Positions 12,201 through 23,194 of a DNA stretch of 64,000 nt are shown here, in pieces. This DNA is from Macrostomum lignano. Its lineage: Eukaryota. The notes beneath the pieces were generated by a model. That model worked only from the letters and a program-made list of their open reading frames with translations, was not told where the DNA came from and searched no databases. The translations under genes were made by a program, and so were the position numbers. The stretch lies in the NCBI GenBank assembly GCA_002269645.1, contig NIVC01003350.1, positions 7,888 through 71,887 of the forward strand, read 5' to 3'. Each line of letters opens with the position of its first letter. Positions within the stretch are counted from its first letter, which is position 1.

Positions 12201-13768
12201 CTAACCAATGAGATCTCACATCCCTAACCAATGAGATCCCACATCCCTAACCAATGAGATCCCACATCCCTAACCAATGAGATCCCACATCCCTAACCAA
12301 TGAGATCTCACATCCCTAATCAATGAGATCCACATCCCTAACCAATGAGATCCCACATCCCTAACCAATGAGATCCCACATCCCTAACCAATGAGATCCC
12401 ACATCCCTAACCAATGAGATCTCACATCCCTAACCAATGAGATCTCACATCCCTAACCAATGAGATCCCACATCCCTAACCAATGAGATCCCAAATCCCT
12501 AACCAATGAGATCTCACATCCCTAACCAATGAGATCTCACATCCCTAACCAATGAGATCCCAATCCGCAACCTTTCCAGGTGCTGCGTCACCGCCGCAAC
12601 ATTGCCTACCACCTGCTGATGAAGGAGGGCCAGTTCTATCCTGTGAACCGGCTCCGCAATGTAGCCATGGAGAACGCCGTGACCGACTTTGTGTTCCTGC
12701 TGGACTTCGACTTCCTGCCCAGTCTGGGGCTCTACGAGCATCTCAGGTCCGAGATTGCCAGATTCTCCGCCCAGCAACGGCAGCAGAGGGTGGCCCTGAT
12801 TGTGCCCGCATTCGAGACATTCCAGTACAAGCTGCAATTCCCCGCCAGCAAGGCCGAGTTGCTGAGCCGCCTCAACCTGGGGGAGATTGTTCCCTTCAGG
12901 CAGGAGGTTAGTAGTGCGTGGGCCGATTAGGCAGCCTGTGTCAAATCCTGCCTTATAAAGTATTTTTCGCTACATGTCGGCTATTGTCGGCTAGGTTTTT
13001 TATCTGGCGCCACTGTTAGTGTCTGGCGCCACTGATATTATCTGGCGCCACTGTTAGTGTCTGGCGCTACTGTTAGTGTTTGGCGCCACTGTTAGTGTCT
13101 GGCGCCACTGATATTATCTGGCGCCACTGTTAGTGTCTGGCGCCATTGTTAGTGTCTGGCGCCACTGTTAGTATATGACGCCACTGCCTGGCGCCAACTT
13201 TTATGTGACGTGTTGCCCTTGCTGGTTTTTGGTGTCTTTGTTAGCGTCTGGCGCCTATTTGAATTACGAGTATGTCGTGGCCCCAGTCCCAGACCGAGGC
13301 CCTGTGCTTAACCAGTCTTGACTCTCGTGCACCCATTGTGTTCTCTCTCAACCCTACAAGGTGTTCCGGGAGGGCCACCGGGCCACGGACTTCACCCGGT
13401 GGAAGTCGGCCACCCAGTCGTACCCGGTGACCTGGCAGGCTGACTTCGAGCCCTACGTGGTCATCGGCCGGGACGCCGCCAGGTTTGACACCAGATTCGT
13501 GGGGTTCGGCTGGAACAAGGTGTCCTTCATCATGCAGCTGGACATCCTGGGATTCGCTTTCCGAGTGCTGCCCAATGCCTTCATCGTGCACCTGCCGCAC
13601 GCGCCGAGTCTGGACGTGGCGAGGTTCAGGTTCATACCGGAGTACCGGCACTGCATCAACACGCTGAAGGTGGAGTACATCAAGTACTTGGCTAAGAGGC
13701 ATGGAGTCCGCGCGCTCAAGTATTTGTCATTTCGTAGGGACGCGAGTGGGTCTGTGGGATCGTCCTAG
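9240..13768 (+). CDS. LARGE: LARGE xylosyl- and glucuronyltransferase (GT8 + GT49), ~726 aa
   Basis: Exons 9240-9695, 10326-10706, 11206-11814, 12580-12906, 13361-13768; all GT-AG, all phase 0, open when joined. N-terminal TM anchor. Motifs match vertebrate LARGE: VSWLSNTHYSGVYGLLKL, VIVLDTD (DxD), WPALGRGFNTGV, LADQDVINA, PCYWNVQL, HWNSP, DVTLVSQLSLDRVQ, HWAGPISL, YPVNRLRN, FLLDFDFLP, FEPYVV, RFVGFGWNKVS, IVHLPHAPS. Confidence 0.95.
9750..10205 (+). repeat. 20-bp minisatellite (gtgaatggtaggattcccct) in LARGE intron 1
   Basis: Tandem copies visible directly. Confidence 0.95.
10728..11100 (+). repeat. ~27-29-bp G/T-rich minisatellite (ggtggggttttgggatattttatagtt) in LARGE intron 2
   Basis: Tandem copies visible directly. 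Confidence 0.9.
11825..12562 (+). repeat. 23-bp minisatellite (gagatcccacatccctaaccaat) filling LARGE intron 3
   Basis: Tandem copies run from just after the donor to just before the acceptor. Confidence 0.95.
13003..13195 (+). repeat. ~19-bp minisatellite (ctggcgccactgttagtgt) in LARGE intron 4
   Basis: Tandem copies visible directly. Confidence 0.85.
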
Positions 13769-13815
13769 CAGCATTCCCTGGGACTCTTGGGTAGCTGGAT
13801 CTTGCGTCACTGGCT

Positions 13816-15812
13816 GCTGAGATGCTGTGTGTCTCACTGAGATGCTGTGTGTCTCACTGAGATTCTGTGTGTCTCACTGAGATGCTGTGTGTCTCACTGA
13901 GATGCTGTGTGTCTCACTGAGATTCTGTGTGTCTCACTGAGATGCTGTATGTCTCACTGAGATGCTGTGTGTCTCACTGAGATGCTATATGTCTCACTGA
14001 GATTCTGTGTGTCTCACTGACATGCTGTGTGTCTCACTGAGATGCTGTGTGTCTCACTGAGATGCTATGTGTCTCACTGAGATGCTGTGTGTCTCACTGA
14101 GATGCTGTGTGTCTCACTGAGATGCTGTGTGTCTCACTGAAATGCTGTGTGTCTCACTGACATGCTATGTGTCTCACTGAGATTCTGTGTGTCTCACTGA
14201 GATGCTGTATGTCTCACTGAGATGCTGTGTGTCTCACTGAGATGCTATGTGTCTCATGCTGTGTGTCTCACTGAGATGCTGTGTGTCTCACTGAGATGCT
14301 GTGTGTCTCACTGAGATGCTGTGTGTCTCACTGAGATGCTGTGTGTCTCACTGAGATGCTGTGTGTCTCACTGAGATGCTGTGTGTCTCACTGAAATGCT
14401 GTGTGTCTCACTGACATGCTGTGTGTCTCACTGAGATGCTGTGTGTCTCACTGAGATGCTGTGTGTCTCACTGACATGCTGTGTGTCTCACTGAAATGCT
14501 GTGTGTCTCACTGACATGCTGTGTGTCTCACTGAGATTCTGTGTGTCTCACTGAGATGCTGTATGTCTCACTGAGATGCTGTGTGTCTCACTGAGATGCT
14601 ATATGTCTCACTGAGATGCTGTGTGTCTCACTGAGATTCTGTGTGTCTCACTGAGATGCTGTGTGTCTTACTGAGATGCTGTGTGTCTCACTGAGATGTT
14701 GTGTGTCTCACTGAGATGCTGTGTGTCTTACTGAGATGCTGTGTGTCTCACTGAGATGCTGTGTGTCTCACTGAGATGCTGTATGTCTCACTGAGATGCT
14801 GTGTGTCTCACTGAGATGCTGTGTGTCTCACTGAAATGCTGTGTGTCTCACTGACATGCTGTGTGTCTCACTGAGATTCTGTGTGTCTCACTGAGATGCT
14901 GTATGTCTCACTGAGATGCTGTGTGTCTCACTGAGATGCTATATGTCTCACTGAGATGCTGTGTGTCTCACTGAGATTCTGTGTGTCTCACTGAGATGCT
15001 GTGTGTCTTACTGAGATGCTGTGTGTCTCACTGAGATGTTGTGTGTCTCACTGAGATGCTGTGTGTCTTACTGAGATGCTGTGTGTCTCACTGAGATGCT
15101 GTGTGTCTCACTGAGATGCTGTATGTCTCACTGAGATGCTGTGTGTCTCACTGAGATGCTGTGTGTCTCACTGAGATGCTGTGTGTCTCACTGAGATGCT
15201 GTGTGTCTCACTGAGATGCTGTGTGTCTCACTGAGATGCTGTGTGTCTTACTGAGATGCTGTGTGTCTCATTGAGATGCTGTGTGTCTTACTGAGATGCT
15301 GTGTGTCTCACTGAGATGCTGTGTGTCTCACTGAGATGCTGTGTGTCTTACTGAGATGCTGTGTGTCTCACTGAGATGTTGTGTGTCTCACTGAGATGCT
15401 GTGTGTCTCACTGAGATGCTGTGTGTCTCACTGAGATGCTGTGTGTCTCACTGAGATGCTGTATGTCTCACTGAGATGCTGTGTGTCTCACTGAGATGCT
15501 GTGTGTCTCACTGAGATGCTGTGTGTCTCACTGAGATGCTGTGTGTTTCACTGAGATGCTGTGTGTCTCACCGAGATGCTGTGTGTCTTACTGAGATGCT
15601 GTGTGTCTTACTGAGATGCTGTGTGTCTCACTGAGATGCTGTGTGTCTTACTGAGATGCTGTGTGTCTCACTGAGATGCTGTGTGTCTCACTGAGATGCT
15701 GTGTGTCTCACTGAGATGCTGTGTGTCTCACTGAGATGCTGTGTGTCTCACTGAGATGCTGTGTGTCTCACTGAGATGCTGTGTGTCTCACTGAGATGCT
15801 GTGTGTCACTGA
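13816..15812 (+). repeat. 20-bp minisatellite (ctgagatgctgtgtgtctca), ~100 copies
   Basis: Three units per 60-nt line over ~2 kb. Each unit contains the TGAGA...TCTCA inverted pair. Confidence 0.97.
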
Positions 15813-16379
15813 GAATCGCATGATAGATACTTAAGATTTTCACTTCAACAAAAAGATTTTAATTTCTGCTATTTACGCCAATTTTTTCAACATATCCTCC
15901 TTATACTACTTAACAAGTGAGCAAAATATCAGTAGTATCAGCTGAACACCAGCCGCAGACATGCAGTTGTTATTCCACTCCAGTTCATTCTAGTCAAAGC
16001 GACTTTGTTCTTTGCTTTTATTTGCTAAAGTATCGATTGGAAATTGCTAGCAAAATGTTGTGCACCAAATGCGGGTTTTTATTCGTGTACTCTGCACACT
16101 TTACACCAATGTTTATCTTGCACCGATCACGTTCTTATCAGTTCGATTTAAATCCCAATTTGACCCTGATTTGTAGCATTTATTGCATTTTAATTGCACG
16201 GCGAATTCAATCGATTGCTTAATTGATCAATTATTAGTTCATCTTGTGCTGCAATGTGTAAAATGAAAAGGCTTAATTAAAAACTGAAAAAATTTGTTAA
16301 AGCTAGGGATATAATTAATACCAACGGCTTCTGAATCTCAAATTGGATACTTGTGAATCTTCCATTATTAATTTATTTT

Positions 16380-18200
16380 TATCGGAGCTGTGAATGTGTT
16401 AGACACTCCGTGAACTAGCTGCCTGTTAGAGATCGGAGCTGTGAATGTGTTAGACACTCAGTGAACTAGCTGCCTGTTAGAGATCGGAGCTGTGAATGTG
16501 TTAGACACTCCGTGAACTGGCTGCTAGAGATCGGAACTGTGAATGTGTTAGACACTCAGTGTGAACTGTTAGAGATCGGAGCTGTGAATGTGTTAGACAC
16601 TCAGTGAACTATCGGCCTGTTAGAGATCGGAGCTGTGAATGTGTTAGACACTCAGTGAACTAGCAGCCTGTTAGAGATCGGAGCTGTGAATGTGTTAGAC
16701 ACTCAGTGAACTATCGGCCTGTTAGAGATCGGAGCTGTGAATGTGTTAGACACTCAGTGAACTAGCAGCCTGTTAGAGATCGGAGCTGTGAATGTGTTAG
16801 ACACTCAGTGAACTAGCGGCCTGTTAGAGATCGGAGCTGTGAATGTGTTAGACACTCAGTGAACTAGCAGTCTGTTAGAGATCGGAGCTGTGAATGTGTT
16901 AGACACTCAGTGAACTTGTGGCCTGTTAGAGATCGGACCTGTGAATGTGTTAGACACTCAGTGAACTAGCAGCCTGTTAGAGATCGGAGCTGTGAATGTG
17001 TTAGACACTCAGTGAACTAGCTGCCTGTTAGAGATCGGAGCTGTGAATGTGTTAGACACTCCGTGAACTGGCTGCTAGAGATCGGAACTGTGAATGTGTT
17101 AGACACTCAGTGTGAACTGTTAGAGATCGGAGCTGTGAATGTGTTAGACACTCAGTGAACTATCGGCCTGTTAGAGATCGGAGCTGTGAATGTGTTAGAC
17201 ACTCAGTGAACTAGCAGCCTGTTAGAGATCGGAGCTGTGAATGTGTTAGACACTCAGTGAACTAGCAGCCTGTTAGAGATCGGAGCTGTGAATGTGTTAG
17301 ACACTCAGTGAACTTGTGGCCTGTTAGAGATCGGAGCTGTGAATGTGTTAGACACTCAGTGAACTAGCAGCCTGTTAGAGATCGGAGCTGTGAATGTGTT
17401 AGACACTCAGTGAACTAGCAGCCTGTTAGAGATCGGACCTGTGAATGTGTTAGACACTCAGTGAACTAGCAGCCTGTTAGAGATCGGAGCTGTGAATGTG
17501 TTAGACACTCAGTGAACTTGTGGCCTGTTAGAGATCGGAGCTGTGAATGTGTTAGACACTCAGTGAACTAGCAGCCTGTTAGAGATCGGAGCTGTGAATG
17601 TGTTAGACACTCAGTGAACTAGCAGCCTGTTAGAGATCGGAGCTGTGAATGTGTTAGACACTCAGTGAACTAGCAGCCTGTTAGAGATCGGAGCTGTGAA
17701 TGTGTTAGACACTCAGTGAACTTGTGGCCTGTTAGAGATCGGAGCTGTGAATGTGTTAGACACTCAGTGAACTTGTGGCCTGTTAGAGATCGGAGCTGTG
17801 AATGTGTTAGACACTTAGTGAACTAGCGGCCTGTTAGAGATCGGACCTGTGAATGTGTTAGACACTCAGTGAACTAGCAGCCTGTTAGAGATCGGAGCTG
17901 TGAATGTGTTAGACACTCAGTGAACTAGCGGCCTGTTAGAGATCGGAGCTGTGAATGTGTTAGACACTCAGTGAACTAGCGGCCTGTTAGAGATCGGAGC
18001 TGTGAATGTGTTAGACACTCAGTGAACTAGCGGCCTGTTAGAGATCGGACCTGTGAATGTGTTAGACACTCAGTGAACTAGCGGCCTGTTAGAGATCGGA
18101 GCTGTGAATGTGTTAGACACTCAGTGAACTAGCAGCCTGTTAGAGATCGGACCTGTGAATGTGTTAGACACTCAGTGAACTAGCGGCCTGTTAGAGATCG
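16380..18200 (+). repeat. ~51-bp tandem satellite (gttagagatcggagctgtgaatgtgttagacactcagtgaac + variable ~9 nt)
   Basis: About 35 tandem copies. A block with shortened variants near 16510 recurs near 17060, indicating a higher-order duplication. Confidence 0.95.
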
Positions 18201-18698
18201 GGGCCGCAAGTTTTAACCGAGTTCAATGACAGTTTGCTGCTAATTTTAGCAAGCGTGCCTAATTAAATATCTTATTATTTGAGTCTACTAAACTGAATGA
18301 GAACCAAGATAAAAGGTACTCATTGTGCTGGTGTGGGTACTCGTTCTCAGTTGGAATTAGTTTGTTCTCAGGTAAATTTATTACAGCTGCTGTGTGCAAG
18401 GTAGAAAACTAGATTTAGCATTTTGTCTCGGAGACAAAGGGCTTGTCTGGGGCCTGGCAGGACTCCCACTGCTAACACTGCATCACTGCCAAGGCTAAAT
18501 GAAAGCAGAGCATTTCCCAGACTCACACTGTTGATGGCGCAGTACTCGTATTCGTGTGCAATGAAACTTATTTTCTCGCGAAATTAATTTGATAAATTAA
18601 ACCGAACAGTAAGAGGCTCGAGGGCTTCTTCTCAAGCCGTCTCTCACGTGTTTCCGACCTTGGCAAAGGCAATGTGCGGAGCGGATCGGGCGTATATC

Positions 18699-18706
18699 TA
18701 TAAATA
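18699..18706 (+). promoter_or_regulatory. TATA box of the small secreted peptide gene
   Basis: TATAAATA about 60 nt upstream of ATG 18766. Confidence 0.6.
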
Positions 18707-18765
18707 AGCTGGCGTGAACAGCTCGAGTGTTGGAGATCGCAACCAGCTGCACTACACGAGTCACA

Positions 18766-19002
18766 ATGAAGCTCCGGTTTTGTCTCGCAATGCTGACTGC
18801 CTCGGCTTTGCTGCTGCTGGCGCTGCTGCCGGCGGGCGCCAACGGCGAGGCCGAGCGACCGGACGATGATGAGGCCGACGGGCCGCTGGCCGACCTGGAG
18901 GAGCCGAGCAGCTCGGAGCTCGAGGAGGAGCTCGCCGCCCAGCAGAAATGGTTCGTCCGCTGGCGCAGGAGGAGGTGGAGGTTTCGCTTCTTCCGCGGCT
19001 GA
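18766..19002 (+). CDS. 78-aa prepropeptide: signal peptide + acidic pro-region + Trp/Arg-rich cationic C-terminal peptide (candidate antimicrobial peptide)
   Basis: MKLRFCLAMLTASALLLLALLPAGANG / EAERPDDDEADGPLADLEEPSSSELEEELAAQQ / KWFVRWRRRRWRFRFFRG*. GC-rich codon style like the other genes here, upstream TATA, AATAAA at 19082. Confidence 0.8.
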   Translation: MKLRFCLAMLTASALLLLALLPAGANGEAERPDDDEADGPLADLEEPSSSELEEELAAQQKWFVRWRRRRWRFRFFRG

Positions 19003-19183
19003 AGGTTGTCGAATCGATAGACTATTGCTTCTGTATGAAACTCCCCGCTGCGTTTACAGCTGCTTCTTCATGCTGCCATTAAATAAAACTTTTTATATGA
19101 AGCCCTCGACAGTATCTTCTCGACTTTCACGGCATTTCTTTTAGTCTCTTGTAATAACTTTCGATCAATCATCGCCGATTGAA

Positions 19184-19470
19184 GGGGCTGCAGCCCAGTG
19201 GTTGGAGCGTCGGACTCGCGACTGAAAGGTCGGGAGTTCGATTCTCGACCTATTCGGAACAATTTGTGTCCTTAAACAAGACACTTAACTCTGCATTGCT
19301 TCAGTCCACGCAGCTGTAAAATGGGTGCCAGCATTAGCTGGGGTAATTGAGGGTGTGTGTGGCGACCCCCCAGTCCTTGGACCGAACAGCCGTACGCAGC
19401 CTTCAGATGCGGCACGCAATAGCTGCGGCTGAGCTGTCGGTTGCCAATCTGATCATCAATTATTATTACA
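19184..19470 (+). mobile_element. tRNA-derived SINE
   Basis: tRNA-like head with A box (gcccagtggtt) and B box (gttcgattc, 19236), then a body gtgtccttaaacaagacacttaac...gctgtaaaatgggtgccagc resembling conserved central domains of metazoan SINEs. The 3' end is approximate. Confidence 0.65.
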
Positions 19471-19971
19471 TGTATAATCCACTGATTTAATCCACTAAGT
19501 TTTAATCCACTGATGAAGGGCTGACAAAGTTGACTTGAACGGGGAAGCCTGTCCTGATATTGTTCCGGACCTTTTCAGTGAGTTCACATTCCAGACAGTT
19601 GAGATGTTCGCAGCTGGTGTTGTTTCAGGCGCCTTTTAGTTGTTTCACAGAATTTGAACTGCTCAAAACAGATGGTTTAATATTTCAGGATGGCTGTCCT
19701 CCATCTAAAGCTCAGCTTAATGCGTCTATTGTTATTATATAACGAATGTTTTCTCGAATGTCATAACGGTAGAAACATAGCCGTAATTTAGTCGGAAGTC
19801 GTGACTAAGTGAGCTTCGGAACTGCAGCAGCGTCAAAGCGACTTCGAGGCAGCCCAAAGAGGGCTTCTGTTGAAATTAAAGTCAGAATGTCTAGCAATGC
19901 CTCGTACGCGCGTAAGTCTGAATGCGACATCCTTGGTGTCAATATTGGAGCAGAAGAAACGGAACTTCTAA

Positions 19972-20337
19972 GGGGGGCCGTAGCCCAGCGGTAGCGCAGC
20001 TGCTCTGGTGTGCCAGCGACCCAGGCTCGATTCCAAGTGCAGTCACATTAATTTGGGGCTGAATTGGAATCTCGGCTTGGCTCTGCTCGTGCAATTAACG
20101 GCCTTGAGAGCCAACCCCCAAGGCGCAGTGAAGTGTACATGCCTAACGATAAAATAAAGTTAGGGCCGCTGTACACTCCTGTGTGAGTGTGTGCCTGCGT
20201 ACGTATCCGCGCGCTTGTATGCCTGCTCAGGGGAGTTGGCGGAATGGGCAGCAATGCCTCTCGCCGGTTGTGTGCCTGTGTCGCTTAAAGTGCGCCAGGG
20301 TGCACACAACCCCCTGCCTCTAATAAAAAATAAAAAA
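19972..20337 (+). mobile_element. Second tRNA-derived SINE family with A-rich tail
   Basis: Head ggggccgtagcccagcggtagcgc...ggctcgattcc, ending taataaaaaataaaaaa. A decayed copy of its 3' half lies at 48670-48812. Confidence 0.6.
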
Positions 20338-21323
20338 CGGAACTTCTGGCACAACCCCTGGTGTGAGAGAGAATAGAAGTCGGATGTGAGCTATGGAGGG
20401 CGGTGGGACTTTGAGAAGCCACACTCAAGGTTGGAACCAAGCAACTCAGCGATAAACGCGTGTGACTCTCGCGTCACAACCGTCAGTTTCGATTCGGTTT
20501 GCGGCGACATTCATTTGGGGCTGGTTAGCACGGAAATTAGCCGGGCGATTCGCGGCCATAAGGTGGCCAAGCCCCAAGGCACAGATCGAGTGTGCATGCC
20601 TATGGTGATGACAAGATCTGGGCTGCATTACAACCTGTGAGAGCGTGTGAACGTATGAGGGCGTTGTACGTTGCACCAGGTCTCACAAGACAGCAAAAGT
20701 CAAATCTAATGACCCAATTCACAGTTTTTCTTTGCTTACTGGGCCGAGGACCATTGAATCGTTTTTCTAATATATTAAAAAAATTGTTTTTTAAAGCTAA
20801 TTTTAAGAAAATCGGCAGGACGGTTGTCAAAAAATCAATGACAGACAGAAAAACAGCGCAAAACTAGTATATAGACTTGCAGGAGTAGAGCTGCATCTAA
20901 GCCCGATTCAAATCAAGAATTCCAATCAAAACATTCTCGTGATCTTGATTGACTTGGCAAAAAACATAAATTATCCAGTGGAATCTGTCTCTGGTGCAGC
21001 ACCCTGACACAAGGCTTGCACTGTAATCATGCACTGCCAGATGCTACCTTTCCCACACTTGCTTGACATCGATAAGTTGTCAATTTTCTCGCAGCATTTT
21101 ATGAGCGTCTCAATTATATTCTGTAAATGTACGCAGCACTGAGCCCAGCAACGGAGTCAGTAGGAGCAGTAGCAGTAGCCATTGGTCAGAGCCATATTGC
21201 TTGAACAGCAAATGCAAATTCAAATCAAACACGGAATAAGCGGCGCACTTACTGATACAGCAGTTCTGACAAACCAGCCAACTTATTAAAAAATATCAAG
21301 AATTATGAAATCTTACCTTAGCT

Positions 21324-22424
21324 CTACCTGATAGCCACATCATCTTGGGAATTTCTGAAGCGAAATGAAACCACTAAGAGCGCTCACCCATCAGCTGGAA
21401 GAAGCGAATCTCGCAGATGGTCAGGACCACTCCTGTCAGGGTCTGAACCCGCAGCACCCTGCCGCTGAGACCGCAGCTCACATTGAAGACGGACTCGGGA
21501 GTCTCTGTGGAGTAGCTGGCGCACTGAACTCCATCCATCAGCAGCTGGAAGTTCGCCAGCCTCTCCGGGCAGCAGTCGGCTCGATTCCACAGGGTGACGA
21601 AGTCGACTCGAGCTGGGGAGCCGAGCTCGGCCTGCCACCAGGCTGCCGTGTCTGAGCTGTTGGTAGCTGAGCAGCTGTCAGAGTTCCAGTACTGCGCTGT
21701 GCTGCCGTCGATGGCCCTGTCGCAGCTGGTGAAGTGAAAGGTGGAACTCTGATTGCAGGAGACAGGCGTCAGCAGCCTCACGGGAGCCTGGGTCATCGGC
21801 TGCATCCTGAAATATGAGAAATTTGTGTTTTTAGCTAGTACTAGCAAGCAGCGCCCTCCCCCCCCTGCAACAAAGAATTGAATATAAGCTTATGAACAAA
21901 CTACATCTCAGCAACCCCCCCCCGAAAGCTTTGACTTCTCAACAATTTCTCAAAAGAATCTTTTGCTGGACATGACGCTTCTTTTCGACATGACGCTTTT
22001 ATGCTTGACATGGTGCTTCATTTATGTTTGACATGATGTTTCATTTATGTTTGACATGATGTTTCATCTATGTTTGACATGATGTTTCATCTATGTTTGA
22101 CATGATGTTTCATCTATGTTTGACATGATGTTTCATCTATGTTTGACATGATGTTTCATCTATGTTTGACATGATGTTTCATCTATGTTTGACATGATGT
22201 TTCATCTATGTTTGACATGATGTTTTATCTATGTTTGACATAACGCATTTTCGAGATGACGCTTTTTATGGAGTTTATGTGCATCCTGAGGGCTCTGTGA
22301 AAACGAGGATGCTTGATATTCCACCATCGACGCACGGCTACAACTCAGCAAGCAACTCTGGCCCGCACTCCTTCGGAACTCACCAAACAGCCGCGAATAA
22401 TAGGGCTATCAACATTGAATTCAT
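21324..22424 (-). CDS. Secreted F-type lectin (fucolectin/FTP domain) paralogue 1, ~159 aa
   Basis: Exons 22424-22384 (MNSMLIALLFAAV + TG, phase 2), 21806-21388, and a probable terminal mini-exon 21343-21324 (DDVAIR*). Domain: QSST...CDRAIDG...CSAT...AAWWQAELG...VDFVTLWNRADCCPERLANF...GRVLRV...LTICEIRFF. Confidence 0.85.
21990..22245 (+). repeat. 23-bp minisatellite (ttgacatgatgtttcatctatgt) in lectin-1 intron 1
   Basis: Tandem copies visible directly. Confidence 0.9.
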
Positions 22425-22479
22425 GCGATTTTAGATGATCTGATCTAAAAAATCCTGCGAGACAGCATACAGCCAAATG

Positions 22480-22620
22480 AGCTGTGCAGTGAGTAAATGA
22501 TCCCCTATAATGCAGGAGATGAGCCACTTCGCCGGTGCTGATTGGTCCGGGCGCTCGAGGTTCGGAAAGTCAAGGGAAAGAGCTTGTAGTTTTGAATTTT
22601 GCTTTGCTACTAATGAGTAG
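22480..22620 (-). promoter_or_regulatory. Putative promoter of lectin 1 (CCAAT module shared with lectin 2)
   Basis: ccggaccaatcagcacc on the minus strand, plus flanks similar to 29650-29810, upstream of the first coding exon. Confidence 0.45.
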
Positions 22621-22639
22621 TAATAGTATCAGAGTGTCA

Positions 22640-23190
22640 CTGGTCACTGTTGTTGAGTGTCACTGGTTAAAAATGAGTGTCACCGGCTCAAACTGAGTGT
22701 CACTGGCTCAAACTGAGTGTCACTGACTAAAAATGTGTGTCACTCGCTCACAATGAGTATCCCTTTCTCGAAATGAGTGTCACTGGCTAAAAATGAGTGT
22801 TACTGGCTCACAATGAGTATCACTTGCTTGAAATGAGTGTCACTGGCTCAAAATGAGTGTCACTGGCTCAAAATGAGTGTTACTGGCTCACAATGAGTAT
22901 CACTTGCTTGAAATGAGTGTCACTGGCTCAAAATGAGTGTCACTTGCTTGAAATGAGTGTTACTGGCTCACAATGAGTGTCACTGGCTCAAAATGAGTAT
23001 CACTTGCTTGAAATGAGTGTCACTGGCTCAAAATGAGTGTCACTGGCTCAAAATGAGTGTTACTGGCTCACAATGAGTATCACTTGCTTGAAATGAGTGT
23101 CACTGGCTCAAAATGAGTGTCACTGGCTCAAAATGAGTGTCACTAGCTCACAATGAGTGTCACTGGCTCACAATGAGTATCACTTGCGAC
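22640..23190 (+). repeat. 20-bp minisatellite (aaatgagtgtcactggctca) with alternating variants
   Basis: Tandem copies visible directly. Confidence 0.9.
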
Positions 23191-23194
23191 ACCT

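Noticed and set aside
16380-18200. CRISPR array (constant repeat plus variable part)
   Set aside because: The variable part is only ~9 nt and is drawn from a few related variants rather than unique spacers. There are no cas genes and the context is a spliced eukaryotic genome.
19184-19255. Functional tRNA genes here and at 19972-20045
   Set aside because: A and B boxes are present, but the acceptor and anticodon stems do not pair cleanly, and each continues into a SINE-like body or tail.
21125-21260. Hydrophobic stretch WLLLLLLLTPLLGSVL on the minus strand as a GPI or TM tail for lectin 1
   Set aside because: There is no in-frame ATG, joining it requires a doubtful splice, and lectin 2 has no counterpart. 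It cannot be excluded without cDNA.
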